Source: Ramazzottius varieornatus (taxonomy: Eukaryota; Animalia; Tardigrada). From it: a stretch of 64,000 nucleotides of DNA. A program made the position numbers and the translations under genes. The notes beneath the pieces were generated by a model. The model saw nothing but the letters and a program-made list of their open reading frames with translations, did no database searches and was not told the DNA's origin. The stretch covers positions 3,951,158 through 4,015,157 of the forward strand of contig BDGG01000003.1 in NCBI GenBank assembly GCA_001949185.1. Direction: 5' to 3'. This document shows, one piece after another, positions 25,487 through 39,580 of this stretch (position 1 is its first letter; every line of letters starts with the position of its first letter).

Positions 25487-27690
25487 CTACCAGAGTGCGC
25501 CTTTCGATTCGCCCACGTGGTTCTTCTTCCCTTTGGATGAAATTTCTTTCTTGTACTGTCTGTCTCCATGCTCCGCGCCGGTCAAGCTCAACGGCAGAAT
25601 TTCTTTCTCGAGGGAGATCACCGGGTACTTTTCATCTTCATCTAGCACCGGAAGTAACGGGATCATAACGGCCAGGATTTCCTAGAGCGAAAAGGGTATG
25701 TTATTGTTCCAGAGACTCTCGAAAATTTTACGGTGCGATTCCATACACAGCTTTCACAAAATGGCTTGTAAGAAGACGGAGAGAAAATGGCGTACTTGTG
25801 TGAAGCCATCGCTGATCTCCGTCAGGTTCTCGATGACCTCGAAATGGTCACGCCCAAGAAACTGGGTGAGTTCCACGGCAAAGTTCTTGTTTCTGTCCAG
25901 CCGTTTCTTGATTGACTAAAAATACAACGAACATCTTTGAAGGTGGAGCTCGGCGTGTTCTGGACTGGGAGCCAGTTCCTATTGATACCAGAAAGTACTC
26001 TTCGGCTTCCTCCTCGAATACAGGTGAATCATACTCCGCCACGCAAATATTGAACAATGTCTCTCCTGAATACTTGAAATTTTTGGCCAGCTGCTTTGCA
26101 CAGTTGACCGGACTACATGTCGTCATATCGTCACTGCAAGCAGGAACTTTTGTTTTAGAGTTTTCAACAAGCTTTCCGTGGGATATTGCACGTACTTGGT
26201 CAACTGAAGATAATTGTGATGGTATGTCTTTGCCAGGGGCTTCAGGTTGTAGCAGCCTCCCACTAACCACACCGCTAAAACACAACGATGCACTTTGGTC
26301 ACTTTGAGTAACAGAACTGAGACCTACGCAAGCAAACTCGACAAAACGTTTTCTGAAAGTGGCGCACTCATCCAGCCAATAATACTGAAAATGTGCGCCG
26401 CTTGCAAAATAATCTTGTCGTGCTTGCTTGCCGAGCTGTCCAATGTGCAGAATGTTAGACACGGTGAAAGAGGACTGTGGGAACAAGACTAATCGATGCC
26501 TCCGGTGGCTTACTACTGCGAAAACCGGTCATCCACCAGCAAATGTCGCGTACAACTTATTTACCTTTTATCATAGAGAAGTTTTGCTGTGTCGCGTCCG
26601 AGTAGGGCAGACTCAACATCATGGACAGGAGATGTGCGCCCCATGAATGACCGCAAAGTAAGATTCCACTGCAAAAACAAGATTAAAGTGAGCTTGACTC
26701 AAAACAGCTATTAGCTCCACATTCAATAAAGAAATCTGGACAAGAAGGTAGGAGAAACTGTCAAGTGCCAAAACCGGACTTACCTGCTTTTCAACCTGGT
26801 GGCTACAGCGAAGATGATCTCCATTGCTGATCCAAGCTCCGCGCACACATTCTGCATCGATACTGCGATAAAATATGGAAAGTAGGTTATTACACAGACA
26901 ATAAAAATTTTACTTGAAAACAGGCGGTGATACCGGGACGATCAGCAGGTCGGTTGGACGAAATTCGATGCGAAACTACGATGAGAATTCCGCCATTTTC
27001 GCATATCGTATTGGCAGCGAACGCACTGGAGTCCTTGCTATGATCAACGAGACACTTTTTATGTTTTGTTAGTTTTTGGTAATACGAAAGGGAGCAAAGT
27101 TCTACTCATGCAGCTAAACGATCCATAGAGTTTAAATACTTACTTGAGGTCCAAGCCGTACACGCCGTGAAGGTACACAAATATCGGTCGGCCTGTTCAA
27201 ATACAAACAAATTGCGATCAAGCTGATGGCATGGAAAGGTAAGCTCATAAATCTGCCCTAGTTTGACAAAATGTCCACAAAGTACCTGCAATGACGTTGT
27301 CGTGGTACGAGTAAACATCCAGCGTGTCTTCCCATGTCGAACCGTAGCGAATGTTCTCGATCCAGAAGTAGTTCTGCCGGGCCTTACCCGTAGCTGAAAC
27401 AACAGCTGCAGACAGCGAAGCAGTCCACTGAAAAATTGCCACGCTGATATACATACCTTCCTTCACAACGGCATAGTGCTTGTCGAGGACTCGTTCCGGT
27501 GTCAGAATTTGGTTATGATAGTAACACGGAGAATATAGGTAGTCGAGCGCCTGAAAACAACAGGACACCCATTCAAGCAAGCAGACCTACCGGAAGTACC
27601 AAACAGAAACACTACGAAGAAAACATGGCGTACCTGGGAGTTCTTCCGTTCCATTTCCGGTCCGTGGAACTTCACAATGGCTCCTGAAGT
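25487..27690 (-). CDS. Multi-exon gene of unknown function
   Basis: Chain of open exons with canonical splice sites (ALDYLYSPCYYHNQ.., NYFWIENIRYGSTWED.., ..ENGGILIVVSHR.., GVVSGRLLQPEAPG.., ..ESKGALW*); 5' end uncertain. Confidence 0.6.
26319..26438. repeat. Hairpin element, orphan gene intron
   Basis: GCAAGCA..CGACAA..AAGTGGCGCAC..GTGCGCCGCTT..TTGTCG..TGCTTGC. Confidence 0.8.
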
Positions 27691-28386
27691 CAACCGAACC
27701 AGCCAGGAATATGCGGGAGCTTTTTATGATAAAAATTGCCGCGCCACCGAAGGAGCACTCGTTAAACTTTTCGCCCTGTATTCTATTCAATGACCGAATT
27801 ACGTTCTGCTGCTACGGCTGGTCAGGCTTTGCTCGAAGGCATTCTACGGGACGTAAATATTGTGGTCGAGTCTACACTCTCACCGTTACACCTACGAGTA
27901 GGTCAAAATAAAATCCATTTTTCGTGAACACGTACGAGCGATAAGGCAAGCGGGGGTTAAGTCTTCAAAACAGGCGCGAGTGTTCAGCGCGATTACCTTT
28001 AACCAAGCGCGAAGTTCCTCCCTCCGTCGTGCATCGACGACTCACCGTTACCTTAAAGTACTGTACGCTCCGCTCATTTACGAGTGTCAGCGTACAGAGA
28101 AAGAATCACTTCGCTCCAGTCTCCGGTGAATTTATACCTGTCTAAAAATAAGCTGAACGCAATAGACAGGAATAATTCTCCAACGTAAAACAAAAACTTT
28201 AATCGTAAGTCTGAGTTACAAATCTGAGCTAAAGCTAAAACAAAAGATCTACAAGTAAGACAAAAAATTGAAGGTCTGAGAATGGAGCAAATGTATCAAG
28301 GAAAGATTGTAACCGGGCTTACTCGTCACCGCCGGATCAGCACTTTGACCATCGTTTTTGATCCGTCATCACATCAGAGTCAGGAC

Positions 28387-29221
28387 CTACTCGGTAGTTA
28401 GTAAACTTGGAGCATGAAAGCCACCAGCCATCTGCTGTTTGTACACTTCCATCTCCTGCAAAAAGCAAGAAACCCAAATTGGCCGAGATTCAAGACCGTT
28501 TTCGCACTATCATTTTTGCCAGTCTTGGTCATAATTTGTCAGTAAAATTTTGTCCGTCATCCATGAGGATGCTCATAGATACCTTTTCATAACGCTCTTT
28601 ATCCTTCGCAGCCAGACGATCGTAGCGATCCTTCCTTTCAGCTGAGACGACTGCCCATCGTCGTCCCAGTTCTTTCGCTATATCTCCGACAGAGATCGGT
28701 AGTCCCACCGCGCCAACTGCAGCCTTGGCGTTCGCTCGTTCGTCGTGACAGAACCAAAAGAAAGCAGTTCTGCAAAAGAAGACAAGACACTAGTTGGAGT
28801 TAGCTCGAACCTCAGAAGTCTAAATCCAGAAGTTCTGGACACCTACAACGGTTTCTTAGGAGCATTCTCGTCCCGTTTCGGTCGTTTAACTTTCCCTCCC
28901 AAGCTGCCTTTGCCAACTTTCACTGCCGGACCGTACTGAGCCATCTCTAGCTTGTGTCGTTCCTTGTCGCGTGTTGCCAGATGCACAAAACGTCCCTTCG
29001 CCTGGTCGTCCATACTCTAAACAAACAAGCTACGTCAAGAACGATCAACAAGTTAACTTGACAGCAACCCTTACCTTCCACTTTTCTGAACATTTCTTCG
29101 AGAACTCTCCGAAGCTAATGTGTGCACCTGGGAACTTCTGCTTGAGCTCATCGCGGCTGATCTTCAGGAAGAAAGCGTACGCGGACAATCTTCCCTGAGG
29201 CTTCCCTGGGATCTTCGGCAT
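28387..29221 (-). CDS. HMGB-like protein with two HMG boxes and no acidic tail
   Basis: MPKIPGKPQGRLSAYAFF..FGEFSKKCSEKWK (box A); RDENAPKKPL|TAFFWFCHDER..IAKELGRRW..AAKDKERYEK|EMEVYK (box B); 4 exons. Confidence 0.92.
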
Positions 29222-30640
29222 CTTGGATGTGGAGGGACGATGTGCGACTCAGGAAGTGCTTTCCCCGATAACCTATTGCCGCGGTATGTTCTGGCAGCGG
29301 TCCTTATACGTCTCCCACAGCTTTCCGATCCTGGAATGAGAAAGTGTCTGGTCAGACTCAGAGATGCGTGAACTAAGAAGTCGGAAACAAAGGAAGACAA
29401 ACGACGCTGAAATCTACAACTAGAACTAGAAGGTTTTCAAAAGCCACATGATCAATCAAATTTGATTGCAGCACGACGTCATTTGATCACATGGCTGGCT
29501 GCCGCCATATTTCCGTCATTATTAGTGCATTCCAATGTGACGTCAACTTCGCCGTGACGTCATAGCGGACATTGCTGTCACTTGGGATTGTGCTCCCAGA
29601 AGCGAACGTTTTAAGGGTTCTCATATAGTCAAAGTTCTACTCGAAAGAAAAGCTTTATTGGGTGTGGGTATGGCGTACTGCTGGTCGAGACCACTGGTCT
29701 GGAGTCTTATCCCATTCAGAATTGTATCCTATGACAATGTATTGACCCGAGCTCAGAAACAGTGTGCAAATTGGCCCGATGTCAAATCAAATTAGTTTCC
29801 GGATGTTAACGGAAAGTCGGAAACCCTCCCGGCTAAATCCGATAGACAAATACGAACTGTTCGCTAAATACGCATGCATCGAGGCACACGCGATACCAGT
29901 CTTCAGTTGGCTAACTGGGCCTCGTTACAGGATAACCAAGGGAAACGGCAACCCTCCAGAGACTTTGGCTTCCTGTCAGCTGAATGAATACATATTAACA
30001 AGTTAACTTGAGCTCGAGCTTTGTTGGTGACAGTTCTGGTATCTTTCCAGGCGTCTGCTCGCCGTGGTGGCTCCCACGGCGGTGAATTTTTAATAAAGCT
30101 CCTTTATTTTCTCCAGTGAATTCCCAAGATTAATTTGATGGTCTACCAGGAAGTGATGGGAAAAGTGCGGCGGTAATAACTGTCCAACGGAGCGAAAGGC
30201 CGTTGTGCGTAATATGTCACCATAAATGCCACATGTCGACCTAGGGAGCCGAATACCAGCAATTCACACGCTCTTCTCGCTGTACCATATCATTCGACAA
30301 CCTCTTCCTTGATTCGAAGAACCAGCGCTCCAACTGGGAGTACCCCGGAATCTCCCGAGTGCAGCACCGCATGGGCGTTTCTTGGAGCTGGTCCGATGAT
30401 AATTTGATATACTCCTGGATTACAGTCCGTCGTTTCTGTTATCTCAGCTGCGTAAGTGCTCATCTTCTCATGGGCTCTCGAGAATGCGAGTCGATTAACT
30501 GTGTGCCTACTAAGCTTCTCCTCTTGCCACACTCAGATCCGGATAAAAAGCCAGTTACAACGAAAACTTAGCTGAATTTCCTTGAAGGTCTAAATGCCTG
30601 ACCTTTATTTCGAATACAGAAATCTCTTATAGCAGGAACG

Positions 30641-31407
30641 ATGGGGTACGGATACGACCCGGAAGAAGTCTGCCGTTTCCCCCATCCGAATCGTTCGTCC
30701 ACGGATATATCCGCTCATGCACAATGGATGTTTCTTCAGTGTCCACCATGGTCAGTAGACTTTCGAACTCCTGCCTTCTGCTGTGGAACCGAGGACGAAA
30801 AACTTTGCTGCGATTGGAGTACGTACGTGATGAACCGGCTTGGCGGAGGACGTACTGGAGTAGGGTAAATATTAATTTCAGTTCGGTTCCTCGATGGTCG
30901 TAATCGTCTTAACGTCTCAACGTTCTTAATTCCTTACGTTCCTGATTTACTACTTCAGGCTTCTCTTCTTTTCAGGATGGGAATTTTCGTTGGCCTTTTA
31001 TTTGTAAGTAAGTCGCCTTACGATGGAAAGTGAAGCGTATGCGACTTCCGGCAGGTTTAAAGTCTTCTGAGATGGGTTTAGATTTTGATTAGCGGAAAAT
31101 GAGACACATGGTCGCACGTCGATCGGCACGTGAATCGCGGTACTACTGCACCACTAGACCGAACGATCGCACTATACTCTATGTGTAATAATTACGATAT
31201 TTTTATTCGTAGGTTGCCGCTTTTGCCTTCTTCCTGGTACTATGTTTAATATTCCAGCGCTGCGTGGTCGCTAAATGGGAGCGTAGGGACCAGCGGGCCT
31301 CCGCTTCGATGCAAATGTCGATAAAGAGGTATCTACGTGTGTCGGCAGATACTGTGCCTTTGAAGGCCAGAGATACTTCCCAAGACCTAGCGACTTCTCC
31401 CGTTTAG
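30641..31407 (+). CDS. Shisa/CX-like single-pass membrane protein
   Basis: C..CP..FCCG...CC ectodomain; spliced TM GIFVGLLF|VAAFAFFLVLCLIF; short cytoplasmic tail; 3 coding exons. Confidence 0.65.
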
Positions 31408-32333
31408 CTGCCGTTGTGTCGAAAAGTCGGTTATTATTTCAAATTCATGCTCAATTTGATTTCACAGTCGATCTCGTCGAACTTTCGTCCCCGTGCTGTG
31501 CTTTGGAGTTTCTAATGTCGTGTGAGTAGATACAGAGAGTCTAGTCCTCACTTTTTCTTGTGAAATGCCGGAAACCGTTGTCCGTGAACTATCTCGTCAG
31601 ATACAAGATACGATCGTAACGTTGCCACCAGGAACCCAATGGGGAGCTAGGTTAATAAGGGAGCTAGGTTAAATAATCAGGCAGTAAAAAAAGCATGATT
31701 TCCTAATCATGCTTCAGTAATTGTGTGAGAAGTATCTCATCGATCGAACCACCTCGTATCCGGGTCTTATAGTCTCATGTCTGGAAGTTCGCACACAAAA
31801 TCGTAAGTGGACTATCACGTCATATACCGGGCTGTCAAGATGGCAACCGCCTGTAAATCGGGCTCACGCTCGAAAGTCGAAACCATGCCCGATCCTAAAG
31901 ATGAAAGTAAGACTTACCAATGACCCGGAGATAGTCCTGATCATTTGTTCGGGCAATCAAAATACGCATGAGTTGATTGTAAACCAAGCGACACATTTCT
32001 TGATTGCCCGAACCAACTGATCGGGACTTTAAAATAGCCATCGTCGGCTATTGGCTGCCGGCACGACGTTAGCTTAGAGTTCTCGACAGGTGGCGCGGCG
32101 CAGTTCGGAAACCCGATGTCGCGAAGACCACCAGTCCACAATACTATCAATAATATTAATATCAGTATTAATATTACTAATATTAATTTAGAGGTGTCCA
32201 AACTTTTAATTGACGAAACAAACTTTGTCGGCCAGAGAAAATTAAAAAATAATTTGGAAGTGCTTCAAGTACAGCAATACTATGTAGCACCTAGAGACAT
32301 AGCTCAAGAAACTCTTAGTTTAAGGAACGTTCC

Positions 32334-35276
32334 TCAAGTATTTGCGTTTCGACTTCTATGGAAATTCCGGACTCTTTGGGATGATGGACGATAACTTGAC
32401 GCAAGAGAAAGCTCCGTTTCAGTGTAGTTCCATCCGTTTCCATTACATCCATTCTTCCCGAGGTTATGGTTCTCCAAATTTGACGAGCGTCTGCGTCCTC
32501 GGTCGTCTCGAGATTCTCGACTTCCTTGTTTCTTCCGCACAAAATGGAAGGCTCCATACAGGATCGGGTTGAGAATGGAGGTACTCATGCCTAATAAATC
32601 ACAAGAATTTTCGGGATAAAGTTCCACGAGGGCTAGCCATGCGGAGTTAACATCTCGAACATATCGTACACAGGCTCCATTTGTCAAATTTGCCCTTTCA
32701 CTTACCAAAGAAAAATATATGCTGGAATGTGTTGATGATATCGGCACTGTCAGTGGTGTGGGCGTGGCTGATCATCACGAAATATATCATGGCGAAATGG
32801 TATGGAGCTGCACAGATATGGTTAGAGAATAATTTTGGGGTGTCGGCAAACGTATTGAACATGATTGTTATCCCAACCAGCGCACACTCTCATTGTTGTA
32901 GGCTGAAAGTGTGCGCCATTCAGATAATGATCTTGTTCAAATCATTTGCCCACGTTCCAGTTGTTCATGGAAAAGGGAAGGACTATATAGGAGCTTGAAA
33001 TTTCAGAAGATACACTCCCAACAAATACTTTCGGCAGTAATTACCCCAACATATGACGAAGGTAACGATGACTAGCAGGGAAATCCAAAGGGCGTTCTTT
33101 TTAGCGCGCTTCATTGTGGACACTCGATACCTTCCCGTGGTACTAGTATCCGAATGTATTCGATTAAGCTCTGACTTTCTTTCTGGAAAGCAGTAAGGTG
33201 ATTGCATTAACCGGAAACTGTCACGCCCAGGAATCGATGTCATGCTAATATTTAATAGTTTCTTCATGTATTATCAATAGCGAACCACGACCTTTCGTGG
33301 AACACGCTGGAACTTTTGTGGAACACGTCACTTACGGACACCAATCAGTGTTTTGTTGTTGAGCCGGATGAAAATTAAGGTGTAGCTGAGCGTAATGATC
33401 AAAAGCGGAATGGCGAAGATGACGAAAAAGGTGAAGACCACGTAGGCGGTTTCCTGCCATTCTTCGGAGTATGCGCCATGCGTAACGCACTGGAATAGTT
33501 CCTTATCGTCGACCGTAAACGGTGCTTTCTCGACCCGAAAGATTAAAATCTGCAGATACAGTAGAATTACCAGGCTAATTCAGGATTTCTGTGTTGTCTC
33601 TCTGAAAGGACCCGCTGGAGATGTAGTAGGAGTAATCAATCAGCAAAGCAAAATGGCGGCAATGTGACATTCATGCAGAAGAGTGTCAAGAGTCCCTAAT
33701 GAGATTAGACCTGTTTCGCAAGTCATGTTTTCGGCTTGCACAGCATATGTATAGGTTTTATGCTGTGCTTTTATCCACGACTTATGTTCGGCCTAATATC
33801 GCTGCACGAAATTGCAAATTCTGTGCAAGCTGAGTTGATTGAACTATTGACCGCTTTGGTCGAAATTTGAAATTTCAGAGGAGTGCAGCGTGATCAGACC
33901 AATCAGCGAGTTGGACCTGGCGCGCCAAGTAATCCGAGCGACGCGCCTTCCCCACATTGCGCCACTTGACTTTCGCTCTCGTTTCTTCTGCAAATCCATC
34001 ACGTTTTCGACCTGAACCAGCATTAAAACGAGGAAGAGACATTTCTCTTCCCAAAACTACTGCTAGAAAACGCGAAAAACGTCCTGGATTCATCCGATTG
34101 AGGGATAAGTGACAGGTCAGTCGAGTCTCAGTTCCCGGCTGAACTCGCGCAGCGTAACATCGCTTTATCTTAATTTTCTGTGCCGAAAGTGTCGAAACCG
34201 CGAAACGGTTTCTGCACAGGAACCTGCACAGCACAGAATCATGTGATTGTATGTAATTCAGGGCCGAAACATGAATTGCGAAATAGGTCTATTATCTGCA
34301 GCACAGTAAATAGAGCGGCGGTGAATCAAGCGCTCGATCAAGACTTCACAGAGGATTGAGAGGAAAATCGATTAAACTGTACCGACGTTTAGACTCTCTG
34401 GGGTACCTGGGGAAGTCCACACACAAATGCCAGGAGCCAGGCTGAACGAATTAGGACTTTGACAGTTGTTTGGGAATCAAAACGAGGGATCGGATTGACG
34501 ATGGCAATGCACCTGCAAGATGTTCATTGTCCATTCAGCCTATGCACAGTTCGTGAGCCCGACGTCGTAATAATCCGGTACGTTGATAAAGGAACAACAC
34601 AATGGAAAACGGAATTGATCCAGCCCATGGAAAAATTCGCAGGGTTCAAGACAATAAAAATGTTCGGGAGCTGAACAAACAAAGCGCCCAAGAACGTAAT
34701 CTCATGTTTCCATTGCTACTGAGTGGGAGGGTGCGCCACTCAGGATTGCGATCTTGTACGCGTGTTGTCTGCCCTGCTCCCATTCAGCCTACTGTTAGAG
34801 TGAGTCTGAATCAGAACGAGTAAAGAGTTAAACAATTTTATGACAAAAAATGATGAGAAACATAAGTTGAACGCAGCAGTACGAATGCCTTACCTGTCCA
34901 GGCTGATGCACACGACAATGAAAGTACTAGCGTACAGGGAAAACATTTGCATATGCTTGATGATCCGACACATAAGGTCGCCAGCCAGCCAGCTATAGGT
35001 CATCTTCCATGCGGCATCAGTCAAACAACAGAACCCGGCGACCAGCAGATCGGAAATGGTAAGATGAAAAATCAGAAGGTCGATATTGCTGTAAGCACTT
35101 CCGTTCCGGTGTCGGTTGTACAGCGTTATGATAATGACGATGTTCAAGAAGAACCCCAGAACTGCCAGAATAAAAAGGATGAGAACTTGCACGTAGCGGT
35201 TGTATCTCTCCAGCAGAGTCTCTTCCGCATACAGGAGTGAAGAGTTGGTGTGGTTCTCATATAGCGAGGCATCCAT
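32334..35276 (-). CDS. Corazonin/GnRH-receptor-family GPCR
   Basis: HLTISDLLV, WLAGDLMCR, STFIVVCISLDR|C, FQCVTHGAYSEEWQETAY, FVICW|APY, FFF|GMSTSILNPILYGAFH; the ECL2 and TM7 motifs best match corazonin receptors. Confidence 0.9.
32842..32953. repeat. Hairpin element, GPCR intron
   Basis: GGCAAA..TTGAACATGAT..GCGCACAC..GTGTGCGC..ATCTTGTTCAA..TTTGCC. Confidence 0.75.
33707..34290. mobile_element. 584-bp MITE, copy 2 (intact), inside a GPCR intron
   Basis: TIRs AGACCTGTTTCGCAA...TTGCGAAATAGGTCT; ATT duplicated at 33704-33706 and 34291-34293; near-identical to copy 1. Confidence 0.9.
34666..34781. repeat. Partial hairpin element, GPCR intron
   Basis: GGGAGC..GTGCGCCAC..GATCTTG..GCTCCC. Confidence 0.6.
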
Positions 35277-36332
35277 GGCAAGTTTGTTTCCCGGTTCTTC
35301 ACTTGAAACGAAAGGCCAGAACGTCGGCTGCTGGGAAATCAGCGCTTTCCAATCAGACACGTTTCTGGACAATTCTCTTTGAGCAGCCTGCACTTCAACA
35401 AAACATCACTGGTAAGACGAGATCAGGGCGATGGTAATGGAACTCGTCCTTGCTGATCCGATTACGACGGGAATCATTCCGCTCAAATTATCCTCGGGAC
35501 TTGGTAATCTGTAAACTGTTTCCTGCTGCAGCGCATCTTGACTGAGGTTCTCCTCGTCTTACACATTCCAGTTTCATGGCAAAGAAGGCTGGTATATGTA
35601 AAAGGTATTTTCCCCAAGATGCTCATTTCCGTACTTGATCCAGTAAACCAGCCGCCACCTACTCACGGAAGTCTTTGAGAGGGACCAATGATCTATGCAT
35701 GCATTACGCGGGTGTCGTTGTTGTTAGACTTGTCAAAGAAGGAGTACATGCACTCTTGGAACAAGATCTATGGAGAACGCCGATTGGATACATGACAAAG
35801 TAGCGGAGGTCAGGAGCTGCCCACTCATCTCTCTGGCACCATAGTTAATCTTGCGTCTCGAGCTTGCTGTCAAGGTTGTGGAAGTATATCAGCACGGGAT
35901 GAAGGCTGCCTGGACGAAAAGTAGTACTGCAGGCATCCCCGCAAATGCACTTTAATGTCTCCAAATTGCAGACTAGACTTTCATTATCGATATCGCCGTT
36001 GGATAGATGAGCCCATTCTCCTTCATGACACCTCGAACTGCCCATCACTGTCAAACATTATACCCAATTTCTTCCCGAAACCTGAATTTAAGGATCAGTT
36101 TGCAGTTTCTCAAGTACCTCCAGACAACAGCGAACCAAATAACACAACATGCACATCGAAAATCTCTCTTACTGTATTAAGTTCCAGCCGCCTCATGTCA
36201 AGCAAGGCCAGGGTACAGCGTTAAGTATACATAGTATTTACCACTGCAACGCAAAACAAGGACTGAAATTATATTAACATCTTTGTTATTTTTATAGTGC
36301 ATCTTTGAGCAGTACATTTTTTCGAAAAATTT

Positions 36333-39300
36333 CTATTCGGAAGGGGTTGTGGAGTTGTTTTCAGCTTCGCAGTCGAACCAGTTTCCACGATGATGGCGTT
36401 TCCATCCGCCATGGCGGCCTCCCCAGCGGCCACCCATTGGTCCTCCCATTGGTCCTTCGAAGCCAAAGTCCTTAGCCTTTAAGTACTCGAAGAGCGGGCT
36501 TTCCTTTATGACTTCCCACATCTCAGCTCGCTCTCCTTCGTCCATTTTCTTTCTCCAGTCTCCCTTGCCAAACCCATGTCGCTTGAAGTCATGGTCGTCT
36601 CCACCAAACTTGGGTCCAAAGCGGCGGCCTTTGCCGTGACGACCCCATCGCTTCTCTTCCCCGCCCATCATAGACTCGCCATCGGGTTGTGGACGGAAGA
36701 CGCGGGGGCATTTGAGGCCGGAGTCGTCGGTCGAACACTCGTCCATATAGCGCGTTCCGAGCTCTGCATAGAAAAAAAGTTTCGATATACAGTAACATCA
36801 AAAGTGCGGTTTACGGGAAAATCAAAAGAGCGCCGGTTGAAAGATAATGAGGCTTACTGAAGTCAGATGCCAATGCCCTTCGCAAATCCTTCACGTTGTA
36901 AACGGTTTGTCCATTAGTCAAACAGAAAGCGAATTTCTTGCCGGTTTCGTTGAGGTACTTCTGGAAGTTCTGACCGATGGTAGAATTGGTGTCTTCGGCG
37001 TCTTCGGTGGCTAGAGAGATGAAAGTACATAATTAAATGAATATCCAGAAAGTTGTGTTGGATGATAACAACTGTACATGAAGATTGTGTCTTACCGTCA
37101 AACTCGTCTTCAGGGCATGGGCATTTTCCATGGCATCGGAAGCCGAGGTTCTTGGATGCACTTTGGGCGTTAACGAGGCCGCACATGTTGTCGAAAGTGA
37201 CGTTATTGTTACCGCAGACAGACCAGTCCATGTTGTGGTGCTTGTGACGGCGGAAGCGCATACCTTCTCCCTTTTCTTGCTTGAACTCGCAAGAACAGTC
37301 TCCAGGCTTATTAGGACTTTCGACCGTCATCTTCATCCAGCGTTCTCCGAACTTCTGCATACGCTTCATAATGCGCTCCTTGATCTTTTGCTGTTCAGCT
37401 TCGGATGGGAGCCTCGGACACTTCAGGTTTTCCGCGCACCACTCACATTTACCCATGCACCGGATACCGACTGAGGAGTCGTTTTGGAATGCCTGGCTGA
37501 TATTCCTCCAACCTCGCACGGTCACATTGTTGGTCAAGCAGATCGGGAAACGGCGATGGGGACGGGGACGAGGACGAGGTCGAGGGTGTGGTCGTGGTCG
37601 GTCGACGCTTTCATCCGATCCGCCTTCCTTGTCCTTGACGCGATCGTCTTGAGGTGCGTCTTCGTTTTCAGAGTGGTCTTCCTCTTCGTTCTGGAATGCT
37701 CCACCGGCTGGTCGTTCCTGGTCGGGTGAGTCCAAGTCGTCACGATCCTCGTCGTTTTCGTCCAAGAGAACTGTGGAGAAAAAAACCGATTTCGTCAGTA
37801 TAATTGTGTCTTGCAAATCTACAAAACCTATTCAGCGACGAATAATAGGTGAAAGGTTTGCTTACTCTTTGGGGTCCTGGTAGAGTCATCAGTTCGGTTT
37901 TTGCAAGGACATTTTCCGAGGCAGCGGAATCCAAGTGCTGAAACAGAAGTCGGAATGAGAACCAAGATGCAAATGAAATGGTGTACGTGATATGTCATAA
38001 AGGCGGCACCGTGCAGCTCATTGGCTCATTCTACATGACAAGATGACACACATACTTACTTGGTTGGTCGACTTGATTATTGATTAGCTCGCAGACGTTG
38101 GCGTAGGTTTTATTGTCGTTTCCGCAAATTTCCTTCCGGTGGTTTCTTCCAGGTCCTAATCGGAGCGCCTTTGGACACTTGCAGTTGGGCGGCTTGGGAC
38201 GGTTCTTGTCTTCCTCCTCCTTGACCTTGACCCAGTCCAGCGGGCACTTGATGGCTTCATTCTGACACTTGCTGCACTCCCCTTTGCATCGCACACCCAG
38301 CGAAGAATCGGCCTTCAGCGCATCAACAGCCTCTTCCCATCCGTAGACGGTGCTTCCGTTATTGAGGCACATGGCTTTGGGGAACCTGTACCGGTTGAAG
38401 CGTCCGTGTTTCTTGGATTCCCAGTGGTGTCGTTCGCGACGTTCGAAGGTACAAGGACACGGTCCACGGCATCGCTTTCCGAGTGTGGGGCTAACTGCTT
38501 GCTTATTTTTTAGGGCGCACTTGCTCTCGTACGTCACACCGTCCGATCCGCAGACCTGGCGTTTCTCGAGCAATTTCTTTCCGCATGTGGTATTGAGGAT
38601 CTCTTGGAACCATGGGGAGGAGGATAAAGTGCAGGTGCAGTCTGGAGCCGTCGCGTTGGATTCGCGGCGATGGTGTTGACGACGCCAAGATTTCGGGCAG
38701 CGGAGTTCGGTGCTGCAGTCCGAGCACTCACCCCAACAGCGCATTCCGACAGCTACAAGAAACACTTCCGTGTTGGACAAAAGGTATGGTCTAACAATGT
38801 CAGACGTTTTTGTAAAACATGGCGGAATGCGGTATGAATAAGTAATCAAAACGACATGGCGTGACATGACAATCCTTACACTGGTCTGCCTTGACTGCTT
38901 CTCGAACCGCTTGGTAACCGTAAACTGTTTGACCATTGTTTAGGCATACGGGCATCTTCCAGTCATGGTGACGAGGCATCTCCTTCTCCTCTTCTTCTGA
39001 AATGAACACCACGGATCAGTAACAGCGATTTTGTACTTTTCTTGGTCGAAAATACAGTATGTGACATAAGTTTTTTCTTTGTAGGGAAAGTTCCTCGCGG
39101 GGTTCTGAAGACGCGCCTTACCAGTCAAGTCACACGGGCAGGGTCCTCGGCATCTTTTACCCAGGGTAGGGTTGGTAGTTGCGTTGTTGACGAACTCACA
39201 CTTGTTCGTATAAGTAACACCATCCGTCCCACAGACCATATGTCGCTTCCTGGCGTTCTCGCGGAACTGCTCGACGGTCTCACCGGCGCGAAGCTGTTTG

Positions 39301-39580
39301 GTGACCCATCGCTCATTCCGCAAAGCACTCTGCTCATCTTCAGTTTCGTTCTTTCGCCACGAGGAACAAGAACAGTTAGGCGGCTTCACGTCGTCGTCCT
39401 CATCGTTGAAGCGATCCCAGGACCCACGTCCCCAGTTGGCCAAGGCCACTCCTAAAGAACCAGGTAAGCATTTTAGAAAATTAAGAAATACGACAGGGGT
39501 TGACAGTTTCTCAAAACAGGAAAAAGCGAGAGCGAGTAGGTACCTGCAAGAAGGCACAGGAGTAGGGCTGATCGAAGCAT
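36333..39580 (-). CDS. Secreted multi-module atypical Kazal-like protein (paralogue 1)
   Basis: MLRSALLLCLLA|GVALA signal peptide; repeated CxC...CGxDGxTYxNxC..N...LGxRCxGxCPC modules alternating with CLNNGxTVxG...GxRCxGxCxxC modules; TATA-like motif near 39660. Confidence 0.85.

Noticed and set aside
31642-32190. Short direct repeat GGGAGCTAGGTTAA and an AT-rich AAT/ATT tract
   Set aside because: Ordinary micro-duplication and low-complexity sequence; the hydrophobic ORF over the tract is compositional
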